Source: Sphyrna mokarran (lineage: Eukaryota). Taken from it: DNA of 64,000 nucleotides. Where the stretch lies: contig JAGIQG010000009.1 of NCBI GenBank assembly GCA_024679065.1, positions 102,486,001 through 102,550,000 of the forward strand. The letters are read 5' to 3'. A program made the position numbers and the translations under genes. A model generated the notes under the pieces. That model worked only from the letters and a program-made list of their open reading frames with translations. It did no database searches and had not been told where the DNA came from. Below, in pieces: positions 51,126-63,794 of this stretch (within the stretch, counting starts at the first letter, position 1; every line of letters starts with the position of its first letter).

Positions 51126-54084
51126 ATAGATTGGTGCATGCTCAATGGCCCATTCAGCAAACTGATGCTGCCTTCTTGGGCAGGATTAGGCTCCAGCCCA
51201 CCAGCATGAATCCCCTGGCAGCCTCTGTGATGCAATGTGACAGAAATTCATCCCAGTTAGTAAGCAGGATAATCTCTTTTTTGTGGGAAAATTGCCTCCA
51301 TCCCTTCTTTCCCATAAATTCCCGCAATCTGCTGAGTTGTTGGATCATTGCCAATGATAGTGAGGGCTTTCAGAGAAAAGAACTACCTATTGCCTACTGC
51401 TCTTATGTCATAGCTAATTGAATCCCTACAGTGCAGAAGGAAGTAATTGCATCTGCACCAACTCTTAGAGCATTTTACCCAAGCACTTTCTCCCATCCTA
51501 TCCCTGTAATCCTGCACATTTCCCTCGGCACATCCATCTAACCTAATCATCTAGGGACACTAAGGGACAATTTTGCATGGTCAACCCATCTAACCTTTGG
51601 ACTGGTCGTCATTAGACTTTCAATTCCAGGGTTTTTATTTCATTGAAATTTCACCACTAGTCGTTATGGGATTGTTAGCCAGATTACCAGAGCATTGCCC
51701 CGGAATACGAGCAGAGTTACGAAGCCACAGCCTTCCCTTGTGAAAGAGAGTCTCCATATTGTGAGCAGCATTCCCTCAGTTAGTTAGAACCAGAGTCTGC
51801 CTCACACCCAATTCCCCCATGATCATCCTTGACCCCCAGTAATCCCCATGCATCCCCCATGACCATTAACCTGAACTTTCCCAAAAGCCTCCTCAGATTT
51901 TCCTCAATAACCCCCTCATGGCCCTGAAAACTTCTGACAGCATCAAAATCTGCATCACTCCAGAAATCTCCTCATTGACATCTCTCTCTCCAGCCAACCC
52001 TCCAACGGCCTCCTCCCCACCTCCGCCCAGTGTCTGAAAAGTTAAATACTTCCTTCCTGAAAATAGTTAGCTCTAAGGAAGGGCTTTTCTGACCCGAAAG
52101 CCATCCTTGAAACTGAAGGAGGTTCACTTCCTTGTTAGGGAAATGGGCAAATGAGACTGCAAATATTTTATCAACATTTCCCTTTTTGGATAGGAACATT
52201 CAAACATTTATCAGAATAATATGGAAGGATTGAAGGAAGGACCTTGATGCAGAATTCTCCAGTTTTTGTACCTGATGTCTGCTACGAGGAGGTGAACTCC
52301 CACCCCCGCCTCCGCCCCCGACCACCTCCCTAACTTCAGAGATGGTAAAGCCACCTCCCCACAGCAGGTTGCCTAGGCCCGAGGAACAGCAGTTATTCCC
52401 ACATGACCAGATGGACGGTCCGTGGGACCATACACTCGATCAATGCCTGTAGCTGCTGAGGTGAGGTATTCTACACTCCTGCAGGAACAGCAGGTCGGCC
52501 TTGACATTGGCCAGGTGGGACAAGGTGGCTGCACATTTCGAGCGGGCTTTAATGCTGCGTACATTTATTGTGGCAAACTTTAAAGCCATTTTTACAATTT
52601 AACAGCAATAACAGCACACAGTAATTTTTGAGGCATGCATATAGTTGTAAGTTTGAAATATTATGACTGGAATTTGAATAGAACTGTAAAAAAGTTTTAA
52701 TTCTGCACTGTTTGCATTCCAAAGGTGTATAAACTCGCATGGTTTATTTGAGATTTTTCTGAATACAGTATATTTTTTGAAAAAAAGAAGACATGACTTT
52801 GAGACACTATAGAGCTACAGCCAACTGCAGAGCGTAACCTGAAGACTTACTGCTGAAGGACCATAGAGCTTATAACCGACTTCAGAGCATTACCTGTTGT
52901 GTTGGTTGCATTTTTGTTGGATCCCTTTATCTATTCAGTGTCTACAGTAAGAAGTCTCTCATCACTTTACTGCATTTACCCCAGTTTAACACTGGCACCT
53001 CCACAGCATGTATGGGTTTTCCAGTAGAAGCTGTTGATCTTGGTTGTTTGTTCTGTTACTGAAGGAGTTGATGGCTGAGTCTGGTGGAGCTCTACACCAA
53101 TATGTGAGCAACACTCTGGATAGCAGTGAGTGATGGTACATGTTTTTGTGCTTCTGTTGTGGCATATATCTTTCTGGATACCTGTGGATTTGAGGCTTTG
53201 GATGTCCATTGTTTGCAGGGTTTCCCCACTGCTGGATATGCAGATGTTACATTGACAAATGTTGCTTCTTGCACAAGTCCTCCTAAGTGTTTGAGGACGG
53301 AGACCTGGCTTACCTGAAAATACAAAATTCAGAGCGTCACTTTATCCTGCTACCTCAACGGGACAATGGCGATTGTATTAATCTATAACCCCTGCTTTCT
53401 ATATGTAGCTGTGCTCACCTTCCTTGAAGAATGATCATTCTTTTCTCTCCTCCCCTCCCTATCTTTGAAATCTAAGGAAGCTGTGGCTATTTTCTGGCCA
53501 GCTGTTAGTTGCATCTATGGCAAGTGCTGAGGCCTTACCTGTGGGAAAGGCAAGCATGAAGGAATAGTGTCTCTAATGTATTATGTTTTTTGTGCAATTG
53601 TTTAGTAGTTTGTTCTATGGATGCCACTTTGTCTATCTGACAGCCCGTGTTGCTGCAGCAACATAATTGATCTTAATTGTTGGAATGTTTGCCTCAAGTG
53701 GTTTAATGCAAGGTCGTTACTTACTTGTTTGTGTTTATTTAGAGTGAGGCTTGATTTGAGTCTTTGCGGGGAAAGTCCAGTCACTGAGTGAGGCCGGGCT
53801 CAGGAACCCAGTTATGTTGGGGGCTATGAAGGAAATAGTTCTGAATCGATTTGGAGACTGAGAAGGGTCTCTGAAGTTTTACCAAAAAAGAAAATATCAG
53901 GCCTGACAGCATCTGTAAGGAGAGAAAAGAGTTGATATTTTGAGTCCAGATGATCCTTTGGCTTAAAACTTAAACTCCTTCCTTGTAGATATTGCTAGAC
54001 TTGCTGAGATTTTCCACCATTTTCTCTTTGGTTTCAGATTCATGCATCTGCAGTCACTATGTGAGGAAGTACAACCAACTTCAG

Positions 54085-54208
54085 AGGAGATCTATAAACA
54101 TAGACAGCGATCGTGGGTAGAGGTGTGAACATCGGGGTGGTGGCTCGGGCTCATTGGGCCGAAGGGCCTGTTTCCCATGCTGTTTTGTTCTTTGTTCTTT
54201 GTTCTTTG
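54085..54208 (+). mobile_element. CR1 subfamily-2 extreme 3' end
   Basis: Matches 16928-17041; (TTCTTTG)n tail. Confidence 0.8.
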
Positions 54209-54314
54209 AATATAGTGGAGCTCCACAGAAACATGTGAACAACACTTTGGAAGAAACTACAAAAGGTTGTAAACGTAGCCCAATCCATCATACAAACCAA
54301 CATCCCATCCATTT

Positions 54315-56020
54315 GATTTGATGTATTAACATACAGTGAAAAGTATTGTTCCTTGTGCACTACACAGACAAAACATGCTGTTCATAGAGAAGGAAACAAG
54401 GTTGTAGAATGTATTGTCACAGTTATAGTGGAGGTGTAGAGAAAGATCAATGTAAAGCAAGGCAAGTCCATTCAAAAGTCTGACAGCAGCAAGGAAGCAG
54501 CTGTTCTTGTGTCGGTTGTGTCCGATCTTGGTGCATGACCTCAGACTTTTATATTTTCACCGAAAGAAGACGGTCAAAAAGAGAATGTCTGCGATGCATG
54601 TGGTCCTTAATGATGCTATCTGCCTTGCTGAGGCAATGGGAAGTGTACATGGAGTCAATGGATGGGGGGCTGGTTTGCATATGGATTCACGACCTTTCAT
54701 AGTTACCTGTGGCCTTGGGCAGATTAGGAGCCATACCAAGCTGTGATACAACTAGAAAGAATGCTTTCTGTGGTACATCTGTAAATATTGGTGAAAGTTG
54801 ACATGCCAAATTTATTTAGTCTGAGAAAGTAGAGGAATTACTGTACTTTCCTCACTATAGTGCCAGCATGGGGAGAATCAGGACAGGTTGTTGGTGATCT
54901 GGACACCGAGAAACTTGAAGTGTTCAACCCTTGCTACTTTGTCTTCATTGATGTAGACAAGGGCATGTTCTCCTTTACATTTCCTGAAGTCAGTGACAAT
55001 CTTGTTGAGGGAATTTGGCCCCACAGTTACATGTATAAGGAGTATAGTTGGGGGCTGTGAACACAGCCTTGTGGGGCCCCAGTGTTGAGGATGATTGTGG
55101 AGGAGGTGTTGTTGCCTATCTTGGTGATTGTGGCCTATGTGTTAGGAAGTTCACTTATTGTAGTGGTGTACTCACTCGGGTTGGTCGCAGAGTTTTTAAA
55201 TACTGACCAATCCATTGGCTCCAAGCAGCCCTGTAAGAGATTATCTGACTCCTCAGACCAACGTTGCACAACTCTGATGGATTCTTCCACTTCAGTTTTT
55301 GCTTATAATCAGGGAGCAGGAGCACAGCCTTGTGGTCCGATTTGCCAAAGTGTGGGTGGGCGATAGACCAATGGCATGTCTTTTTTCCAGAAATATACTT
55401 TATTTGTAAAAATCTCAATTAAAACATCGCGAGTCTACATCTCAATAAGTTGCAAACAGTGCAGAGTAAGACATTTTTACACTTGTATACAGATTACGGT
55501 TATTTCATTTCAATCAGAACAGATCCATAGAATTCTCAATTAAAACGTTGCAAGTGTACATGTCTGCAAAAGGCAAACAGTGCAGAATGAACATTTTTAT
55601 AGTGCTATACAATCTACAGTTTTTCCATTTCAATACTGAAACTATATGCATGGCTCAAAAATTACTGTGTGCCGTTGTTGCTCAGATTGGCACACAGTTA
55701 CACAGGTTGAGGGTATTTGCAGCTCCCGGGCCCTCAGTCTGCCTCCGTTAAAAGGCCCCATAGTGTGGCCCTTCCCCACTGCGCCCCCACATGTTTGATA
55801 TTTGTATGGCAGTGGCATAGGGTGTTTGGGCCTCTGGTGGAGCAGGAGACGTATTGGTGGTAACTTGATAGAATGCTTTTGAACTTTGCCTGATTGAAAT
55901 CTCTGTCCACGATAAACAAGGCCTCGGGATGTTTTGCCTCAGGGCTTTCTTAGTGGTGTATATTTTGTCCAGCGCGATCTTCACGCCCACACGGGGTAGG
56001 ATGTAAACTGCTGACTCCAT
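54315..56020 (-). mobile_element. Rex1 LINE fragments with internal deletions
   Basis: Reverse Rex1 3' end, RT pieces and endonuclease motifs (PHFGKSDH, DFNQA, AVYI.P). Confidence 0.7.
55381..55790 (-). mobile_element. L1/Tx1-like LINE 3' end inserted in Rex1, with ~120-bp tandem duplication
   Basis: A-tail and AATAAA on minus; ORF end AQWGRAT; two imperfect direct repeats (~55411-55520, ~55532-55641); CATGT at both junctions. Confidence 0.45.
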
Positions 56021-56434
56021 TGACTCTTTCTACATTACCAGCTCTCTTTCATCACCTTCCGTCGGGAAAAACATTCAAAGGTCTGAAGTCACATACCACA
56101 ACCAACTCAAGAACAGCTTCTTCCTGCTGGTGTTAGACTTTTGAATGGACTTAGTTGATCTTTCTCTGCATCGCTTAGCAAATTGTGTGCAGTTTTGGTC
56201 ACCTAATTACAGCGAGAATATTAATACGGTTGAAAGAGTGCGGAGAAGTGCTGTCTTTCTGTATCTATCCCAGGGGGTCAAAAGGCAGAAAACCTGGCAT
56301 CTATTTGACCATTATCTGTTGTTTGGTAATAATTGGTTCTGAAGTAAGATATATGTCTATGGGGGATTTTGCTTAAATTAGAACTATGGCAACAAATAGC
56401 TGTTAATCATATTTTGTCATGTTTTAATTTACGC

Positions 56435-57138
56435 TGTTGAGAAAAGATTTTAAGAAAAGGTTCAGAGGAAATAATATTGTTTGTTTAGGTGCTTGTATAA
56501 CAATTTGTATTCATAGGTATCTGTATAACAGTTTACATTGGTAGGGATAGGACACAATAAATATGTTTGAATTTATTGTTATACAATCACAAAAAACATG
56601 CATTTAAGCTCCACCATGTTAACAGAAGTTCAGAATATTAAAATGACACAATGCATATTAGCTGGGTTAGCCACATTCCTGAACACAATTAGCTGGCTTA
56701 ATCATACTGGTGGCTGATACATGGTCAAAGTCTTGGATGAAAACCAGCCACAAGAGATTAGGGAGGGCATTCATAGAAAATGATAAGGAAGCTGACTGGA
56801 CAATGAGTATTATAAACTCAAGGACTCCAGATGGGAGAAAGGAACAAAATACTAATGAGTTGTGTCCATGAGACCACGCGATGATCATGCACAAGCCCAC
56901 CCTATGTTATGCCTTTGGCATTGGATATGTGACTAAGGTATGTAATATATAATCAATACTATTGGATAAGGCCCAGGTGTAATGGACTGTGTAGATGTTT
57001 GAATAATGTATAAGAATGGATATTTGTCAGAGAGAGGTAATGGATTTAACAGAAGCCATCTCCCCACATGCGAAATAAACCATTTAATATGAGGACCTGA
57101 GCATTGAGTAATTTCTTTGAGATTCAGTCCCATTAATA
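56435..57138 (+). repeat. 5' LTR
   Basis: Aligns along its length with 60414-61021 plus 62370-62517; contains AATAAA. Confidence 0.85.
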
Positions 57139-57141
57139 ATT

Positions 57142-57159
57142 TGGTGCTGTGATTTGGAT
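57142..57159 (+). promoter_or_regulatory. Primer-binding site, tRNA-His
   Basis: TGGTGCTGTGATTTGGAT vs tRNA-His PBS TGGTGCCGTGACTCGGAT: three C-to-T changes, two at CpG; 3 nt after the LTR. Confidence 0.85.
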
Positions 57160-59489
57160 TCCTCAGTCGACCGATCAAGAGAACGGACTGAGTATATTTA
57201 CTCACAAGTACAGACTTATCCCAGGAGATGGATGGTGTTTGGTGACTGATGAATTTTGAACTGGTGAACAGAGTGTGGCCAGCAGTCATGTGATGGTGGG
57301 TAGTTCATTAAGAGATGTAGGCATTGTTCCCTGTATTAGAATAACTTGACTCATGACCCGTCAATTGGCCAAAAGATGTGTCCATTATGAGTGGCGTGGA
57401 CCTCTGAGTAAATTTCTAACAGTTCTTGTCCCACCCAAATATCACAAGTAAAGATAGTGAGCTCGAATTGGGGCCAGTAGGCTCCTTGAGCCACCACCTA
57501 TTGGAGCAAAATAATAAAGTTATTGGCAACATGATCAAGTCAAAGTAAATTGGTTAGTCTGAAGCATCATAGACCAACGAAGGGAGTAAAGAGTTTGAAA
57601 AAAACAAGAAAGCACTGATTCTGTGTGACAGAGAGTGAGGATGTGGTTTGCAATCTAGAGCGTGATGTGATGGAATAAGTTATAACAGGTCAAAGTGAAT
57701 CGCTTCTCTCAGACTTTAATAAATTACTTTCCTCCCAGTTGAAATTTTATGATAGTGCAATTGAGGCATGGTCAGGATTCCTTAATCTCGGTGGCCATGG
57801 TCATTTTCAAGAACAAGAACCAGACAGAGATTTCAGCTCTGCCACATAGGAAAGAAAAGTCAATTTCAAGATGGCATTACATTGCATCTGAAAAGTTGTA
57901 AGGAGAGTTAACCATTTTAGCACACAGTTGATTTGATTTTATATCTGCTCTTGTTGGTTACTGAGCAGAGTTGTAGAAATAATTAATCATGCAAATTTTG
58001 AGCTTAAGATGGAGAGATTATAAGAAAGTGTAAACGTCTTAATTTAGTAGGAATATTTAAAGTGATTAAAAATAAATCTTATTTCGGATTCATCTTGTCA
58101 GGCTTTTTGTTAAGTTTGAAAATGAATTGACCGAACTATCAATGAAAAGATAAACGGAAAGAATTATTCTGGAGTGTTTGAAGCGATGCCAATCTGAATG
58201 AATTTACACACCCACCCTTCTGCTAAAACAAGCAGAGAATTAACCCATTCTGTCCCAGACAGGATGGATCTTTATGTTATAAGACTTGCAGTAATTTTAA
58301 GGCATAAAATCAAAAATTTAACAGGGGAGTGAATGTTTATTGGGGAGTTACATAAGGTAGAATGGGAGCATGTTTAATGGTGAAAATTATTATACCACCA
58401 TAATGCATATTAGTTACAATGTATGACATGGATATGCAAAGTAGTGAATCAAAATTGGAGCAGCAGTTATGAACACAACACCCTGTTCTAAATTTTGACC
58501 ATGGGAAGGTTGAAAAGTATTAGGTGCCAGACAGGTTACAGAGGAGAGCCCAAACTGACAGATTAATACAATCATAGATAAGGGAAATAATTTAGCGCAA
58601 TATATGAGAAAATTAAATGAGCAGCGTAATAAAAGACATGTTATAGAGGAACTGATAATAAACAGAGGAGGACAGAATCAAAAGTGGGATTTTGGAAACA
58701 AGAGAGACATTTAAAGGGATTTAGGAAGTAGAATGCAGTTTAGGTGATAGCTACGTATGAAGGGACAAAGTTTTCTTAAAGAAGAGTGACCATTATGACC
58801 AGTGACACCTGTGCTTGTATTGATATGAAAACTGAAGAGTTATAATCCAAAGAATAATGTCTGAGCCCACCATGGTCCCAATTTATAGGAAACTGCCTGC
58901 CTGGTATGCTAACTTATCAGGCATGGGTTAACGATCTGCAACACATTGCAGTTGGGTGGTCACATTTAATTTTCATTTATATGGGGTGTACATTTATTTT
59001 GAAATGGACAATATCATGCAGTAGACCAAGGTGCCGTTTACTGAAACCACCTGAAGAGATAGAAACGTTAAGGCCCCCTAACCTAAACTGGATTCTCTCC
59101 TTTTACCCCTAGGACATCAGCTCGTGTGGAAGGAGTTAAATTAATATGACCGATTTCTAAGCATGCCGTCAGGCTCCTATATTTTAAGCCTTTAGGTCAT
59201 GAAATATATATGTGTATTTCAAATACAACACACCTTGGCAGGTCAAAATCCCATGGTCTACAGAGCATTGGTACAACTTCACCAACAGAATCTGCATCCC
59301 ACTAGGGAAAAACTGGACTTGAATGCTTGGTTATAAATTTATCTGGGCAAGGATCACATGTGTCAAATGTACTTCCGATGGGACCACCGGTTGTGCAGAT
59401 CCCAGGGAAGTGCAGTAGCAAGATGGATGTATTTTTGGAATTATATGTGCACCAGTGCTTGGTCCATCCCAACTGGCCAAGAAGGGACT

Positions 59490-60390
59490 GGGGTTATGGG
59501 GATATTATGAGGCTACAGATACAGTGGCATTATCCCTGTATGTTTGTTTTTCCCCTCCTACAACTCCATCGCCCACTCTGACTCCCTCTCCAGCAATATT
59601 GCCATGTCCCATGGTTTTCAACAGATCAGAAAACAGTATTCTACTTTTAAACAAAGGAGACGTTTTGAATGATAACATGAAACATGAGATTGTACCGGTT
59701 CTGATCAATATTTCTGCAATTCAAATGTGGGAATACTGTTCAGAATAACCTAAAGCATTCATGTTTTGTTAAGTAAAATTGTTATGAGTCAGGCTTCTGA
59801 TGCAATGGAGACCTCTAGAGTTCAGAGACAGCAGAGACAAAGAGGAACAGGATGTGCTCAAAGGGGTAACGACAGGAATCTTCCTCACAAATTCATTAAA
59901 TATACAGAGATTAAATAAGAAGGTGGAACAACTTAAATCGGTCATGAGGAATCTCCTAAAATGATCAGAATAAACAAGAGGTAGAAACAGAGAGACTGGT
60001 GTGGATATTCACTTAGATGCAATAACAGTGCTGGAGGCCCATGCTCGAAGGTTTAACCACCTGATAGACAAAGGGAGGAAACTACAATTACGACAGGGGC
60101 AACTATGTCATGTATACCATCTATGGATGGTGGGACAGATGAGAGACGATCTCAGTCAGATCCAAAATGGGGGGAGTACCCAATTGGATTGACAGCTCCC
60201 TCTTGGTACAGATAGCCAGATGGGCACGGGCCATTGGAAAAATGCACCTCAAAGGTCTAACCAGGGAACACTCAGCAGTCCAAAAGTGTGGGATGAGCGA
60301 GGCTACTGGAGTGGGGATGGTTCTGATAATCCACATAGTTACACCGGACTCAGAGCCTTTTCCCTTGTTCCAGACAGAAAACATTGAGGT
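59490..60390 (+). pseudogene. env remnant, fusion-protein-like, 3'-truncated
   Basis: Frameshifted pieces: ILLLNKGDVL..IVPVLINI..YC; GVTTGIFLTNSLNIQRLNKKVEQLK (fusion peptide + heptad); LSQIQNGGVPNWID; GMVLIIHIVTP..PLFQTENI. Confidence 0.6.
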
Positions 60391-60413
60391 ACCTCTCTCT
60401 GTTATCACCTGTT

Positions 60414-62517
60414 TGTTAAGGGAAATTTAGGAATAGATTTAGAGGGAATATTATTGTTAGTTTAGGTGCCTGTATTAACAATTTATATCTCTAGGTACCT
60501 GAATAGCAATTTATTTTGGTAGGGATACATAAGTACGTAATAAATGTGTGTGATTTTATTGCTTTACGATCACAGAAGGCATTCATTTAAGTTCCATGTT
60601 GTTAACAGAAGTTCAGAATATTAAAATGACACAAAATGGATACCAGCTGGTTTAGCCACATTCCTGATCACAATAAGCTGGCTTCATCACACGTTTATGT
60701 ATAATAGACCATAGATATTGGTGGCTGCTACCAGTCTATGGTCCAAGGTCTCAAATGGAAGCCAGACCACAAGATTAGGGACGGCATTCATAGAAAATAA
60801 GGAAGGCCACTGGACAAGGAGTATTGTAACTCAAAGACTCCAGATGGGGGAAAGGGAGATAATAATAATGAGTTGTGTCAGTGAGACCACAAACTGATCA
60901 TGCATAAGCCCACCTTATGTAATGCCTTTCTCATTGAATATGCGACTAATGTGAATAAGCTGTACTCAATGTTATTAAATAAGGTACAGCCGTGATGGGC
61001 TGTGTCGATGTTTGAAACATGGACTTGGAAGTTGGGGTAGGTGGTGAGATCAGCAAATTTGCTGATGACACCAAGATGCTTGGATTGGCGGGTACAGAAG
61101 AGCAGTGCCAGGCAATACAACAGGACATAGATAGGTTGGTAGACTGGGCAGATAGATGGCAAATGGAATTTAATCCGGATAAATGCGAGGTGATGCATTT
61201 TGGCCGGAAAAATGTAGAAGAGAGTTATAGGATAAAAGGTAAAACTAATACGAGCATAGAGACGCAGAGAGACTTGGGGGTGCAGGTTCACAAGTCTCTG
61301 AAGGTGTCCTCACAGGTGGAGAAGGTGATAAAGAAGGCGTATAGTATGTTAGCTTTCATAGAAAAGGGTATAGAATACAAGAGTAGGAGTTTGATGTTGC
61401 AATTGTATAGAACGTTGGTTAGGCCTCACTTGGAATACTGCGTCCAGTTCTGGTCGCCGTACTATCGGAAGGATGTGGAGTCCTTGGAGAGAGTGCAGAG
61501 GAGGTTTACCAGGATGCTGCCTGGTATGGAAGGACTGTCCTATGAGGAACGATTAGATAGACTGGGGTTGTTTTCCCTTGAAAGACGTCGGCTTAGAGGG
61601 GATCTCATAGAGGTGTATAAGATTATAAGGGGTATAGATAGAGTAAATGGAGGTAAACTTTTTCCGCCTTTAGAAATGGATAGGACGAGGGGTCATGGCC
61701 ATAGGGTGAGGGGGGCTATGTATAGGACGAATATTAGAGGGCAGTTTTTCACACAAAGGGTAGTGGGGGTGTGGAATGCCTGCCGAGTAAGGTGGTGGGA
61801 GCAGGCACGCTGGGGCTGTTTAAGGGTCTCTTGGACAGCCACATGAGCGGTATGCAGATAGAGGGATATATTAGGACTGTTTAACTACGGCTTTTTTCCA
61901 CAGGTAATTCGGTCCATACTTGACCAACATTGAGCATGCATTCGGCAGGTGGTGCGGGTACAGCTCTTGGATGTTGATTCATGGGTTGCCTGGTACCTCA
62001 TGTCGTAAATGAGTGCTTTATGTGGACCATCTGAAGGGCACCATGACAGCTCAGAGACTATCGATGTGGCTGTGCAGACACTTGGAATTGGGCCGGTGTC
62101 TGCGGGAGTTTGCGCGTTCTCCCCGTGGTTGCGTGGGTTTTCTCCGGGCACTCCGGTTTCCTCCCACAACCCAAAAATTCGCTCTTAGGCTGATTGGGAA
62201 ACAAATTGTCCCTATAGTGAGAATTTTCCATATTAGGAATAATATATATATTATTATATAGGAATAATATAATAAGATAATGGATTTGCTACTATATAGT
62301 TATGACGGCGGCGCGGGCTCGTTGGGCCGAAGGGCCTGATTCCCGTGCTGTGTTGCTCTTAAAAAAAAATGTATGAGAATGGATGTTTTTCCTTTATTTG
62401 TCAGAGAGACACTGGGCTTTAACAGAAGCCATCCACCTGCCGGTGAAAATAAACTGTTTGATGCAAGGACCAACCCTGAGCATTGAGTAATTTCTTTGAG
62501 ATTCTCTTCCATTAACA
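60414..62517 (+). repeat. 3' LTR interrupted by a CR1 (61022-62369)
   Basis: LTR homology stops at ..GATGTTTGAAACATG and resumes at TGTATGAGAATGGAT.. to CCATTAACA. Confidence 0.85.
61022..62369 (+). mobile_element. Young 5'-truncated CR1 with V-SINE-derived 3' UTR
   Basis: Near-identical to the reverse of 4376-5707; RT C-terminal ORF; A-tail. Confidence 0.95.
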
Positions 62518-62579
62518 ATGCTAATTCTTGTTGTATTTTAACTATTCTTAAATAAAGTTTGTGTTAATAAATGCTGATT

Positions 62580-63790
62580 TTTTCATGGACTCAGCTCCAC
62601 TTACCGCCTGCGCACCATAACCCTTCATTCCTCTACTGTTCAAAAATTTATCCCTGCCTTAAAAACATTCAATGAGATAGCCTCAACTGATTCACTGGGC
62701 AGAGAAATCCACAGATTCACAATCCTTTGAGTGAAGAAGTCCCTCCTCAACTCAGTCCTAAATCTGCCTCCTTTTATTTCGAGGCTCTGCCCCCTCGTTC
62801 TGGTTCACCTGCCAGTGGAAATAATTTCCCTACTTCGATCTTATCTATTGTTTATTTCTCACCTCACTGTGATGTCATTATTTGACCTATTCACTACACC
62901 AGTCAGTGACCTTTTCTCCTTTCTATTTCTAATTTTCACACAAATGGATTCAATCTTTTTTTCCACAGAACCTATATCATCTTTCAATGCCACGTTGATA
63001 TCATCTTTAAATATCAGGGCTACATCACCTCCCATAACTTCCTGTCTGTCCTTCTGAATACTCCTGGATACCCCTGGATATTAAACTCCCCAGTCATAAC
63101 CACCCTGCAGCCTTGTTTCTGTAATGGCCACCAAATCATACTCAGTCACAATGATTTGTGCCGTTTATTTACCTTCTATTGAATACTGTAGACATTCGGA
63201 TAAAGTGCCCTTATGCTAGTTTTTGTCCCTTCTTTTGAATACTGATATCTCCAATTATAACATACCCTGAGTTCTCCTTTTAACTATTTTCCTGATTTTC
63301 AATGTAGTTGAAACCTTTTCCCCACATGCTAACCTGCTGCTTTGCTTTCTGTTAACCGTTACACTTCCCATAGTTTTACACTTCAGCCCCACACCCCCAC
63401 TCCTCCCCACCCAATTTGCTAGTTTAAAGCCCTTGTGACCTTTCTACTTAGCCTTTTCCCTACTAGCCCCAGATTGGTTCAGGTGAAGACCATCCCAATG
63501 GTACAGATCCCTCCTATTCCAATACTGATGCCCCATGAAATGGAACCCCTCTTTCCCGCACCATTCCTTTAGCCATGTGTTAACTTCCCTCATTTTCTCA
63601 ACCCTATGCCAATTTGCATGTGGCTTGGGTAGTAATCCAGAGATTAAAACCCTTGAGGACCTGTTCTCTAATTTCATTTCTAGTGCTTGATATCCCAATG
63701 TAGGTCTTCTTTCCTATGTTGTTTGTCCCAGTCTGAATCATAACAACTGGATTCACCCCTTCCCACTCCAATATCCTTTCAAGCCAGTCA
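62580..63790 (-). mobile_element. Old CR1 fragments including ORF1 SGNH-esterase domain
   Basis: GTNNIG, RVLISGLLP, N.WLKEWC..EGF.F, LYHWDGLHLN..G (ORF 63444-63698), followed by endonuclease and 3' pieces. Confidence 0.8.
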
Positions 63791-63794
63791 GAGA

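Larger units (their letters stand above)
56435..62517 (+). mobile_element. Decayed LTR retroelement / endogenous retrovirus (LTR-PBS-internal-env remnant-LTR)
   Basis: Homologous LTRs 56435-57138 and 60414-62517 (split by a CR1), TGTT..AACA termini, TSD ACGC/ATGC, PBS present. Confidence 0.85.

Noticed and set aside
52070-52105. Hammerhead-like CTAAGGA-AGGG..CCC-GAAAGCC
   Set aside because: Core is mutated (CUAA rather than CUGA), there is no UH cleavage triplet and no convincing stem I.
52805-52897. Imperfect ~35-bp direct repeat
   Set aside because: Only two degenerate copies; no further structure.
57160-59480. gag/pol ORFs in the provirus interior
   Set aside because: Too decayed; no RT, RNase H or integrase core motif could be read, so none is called.
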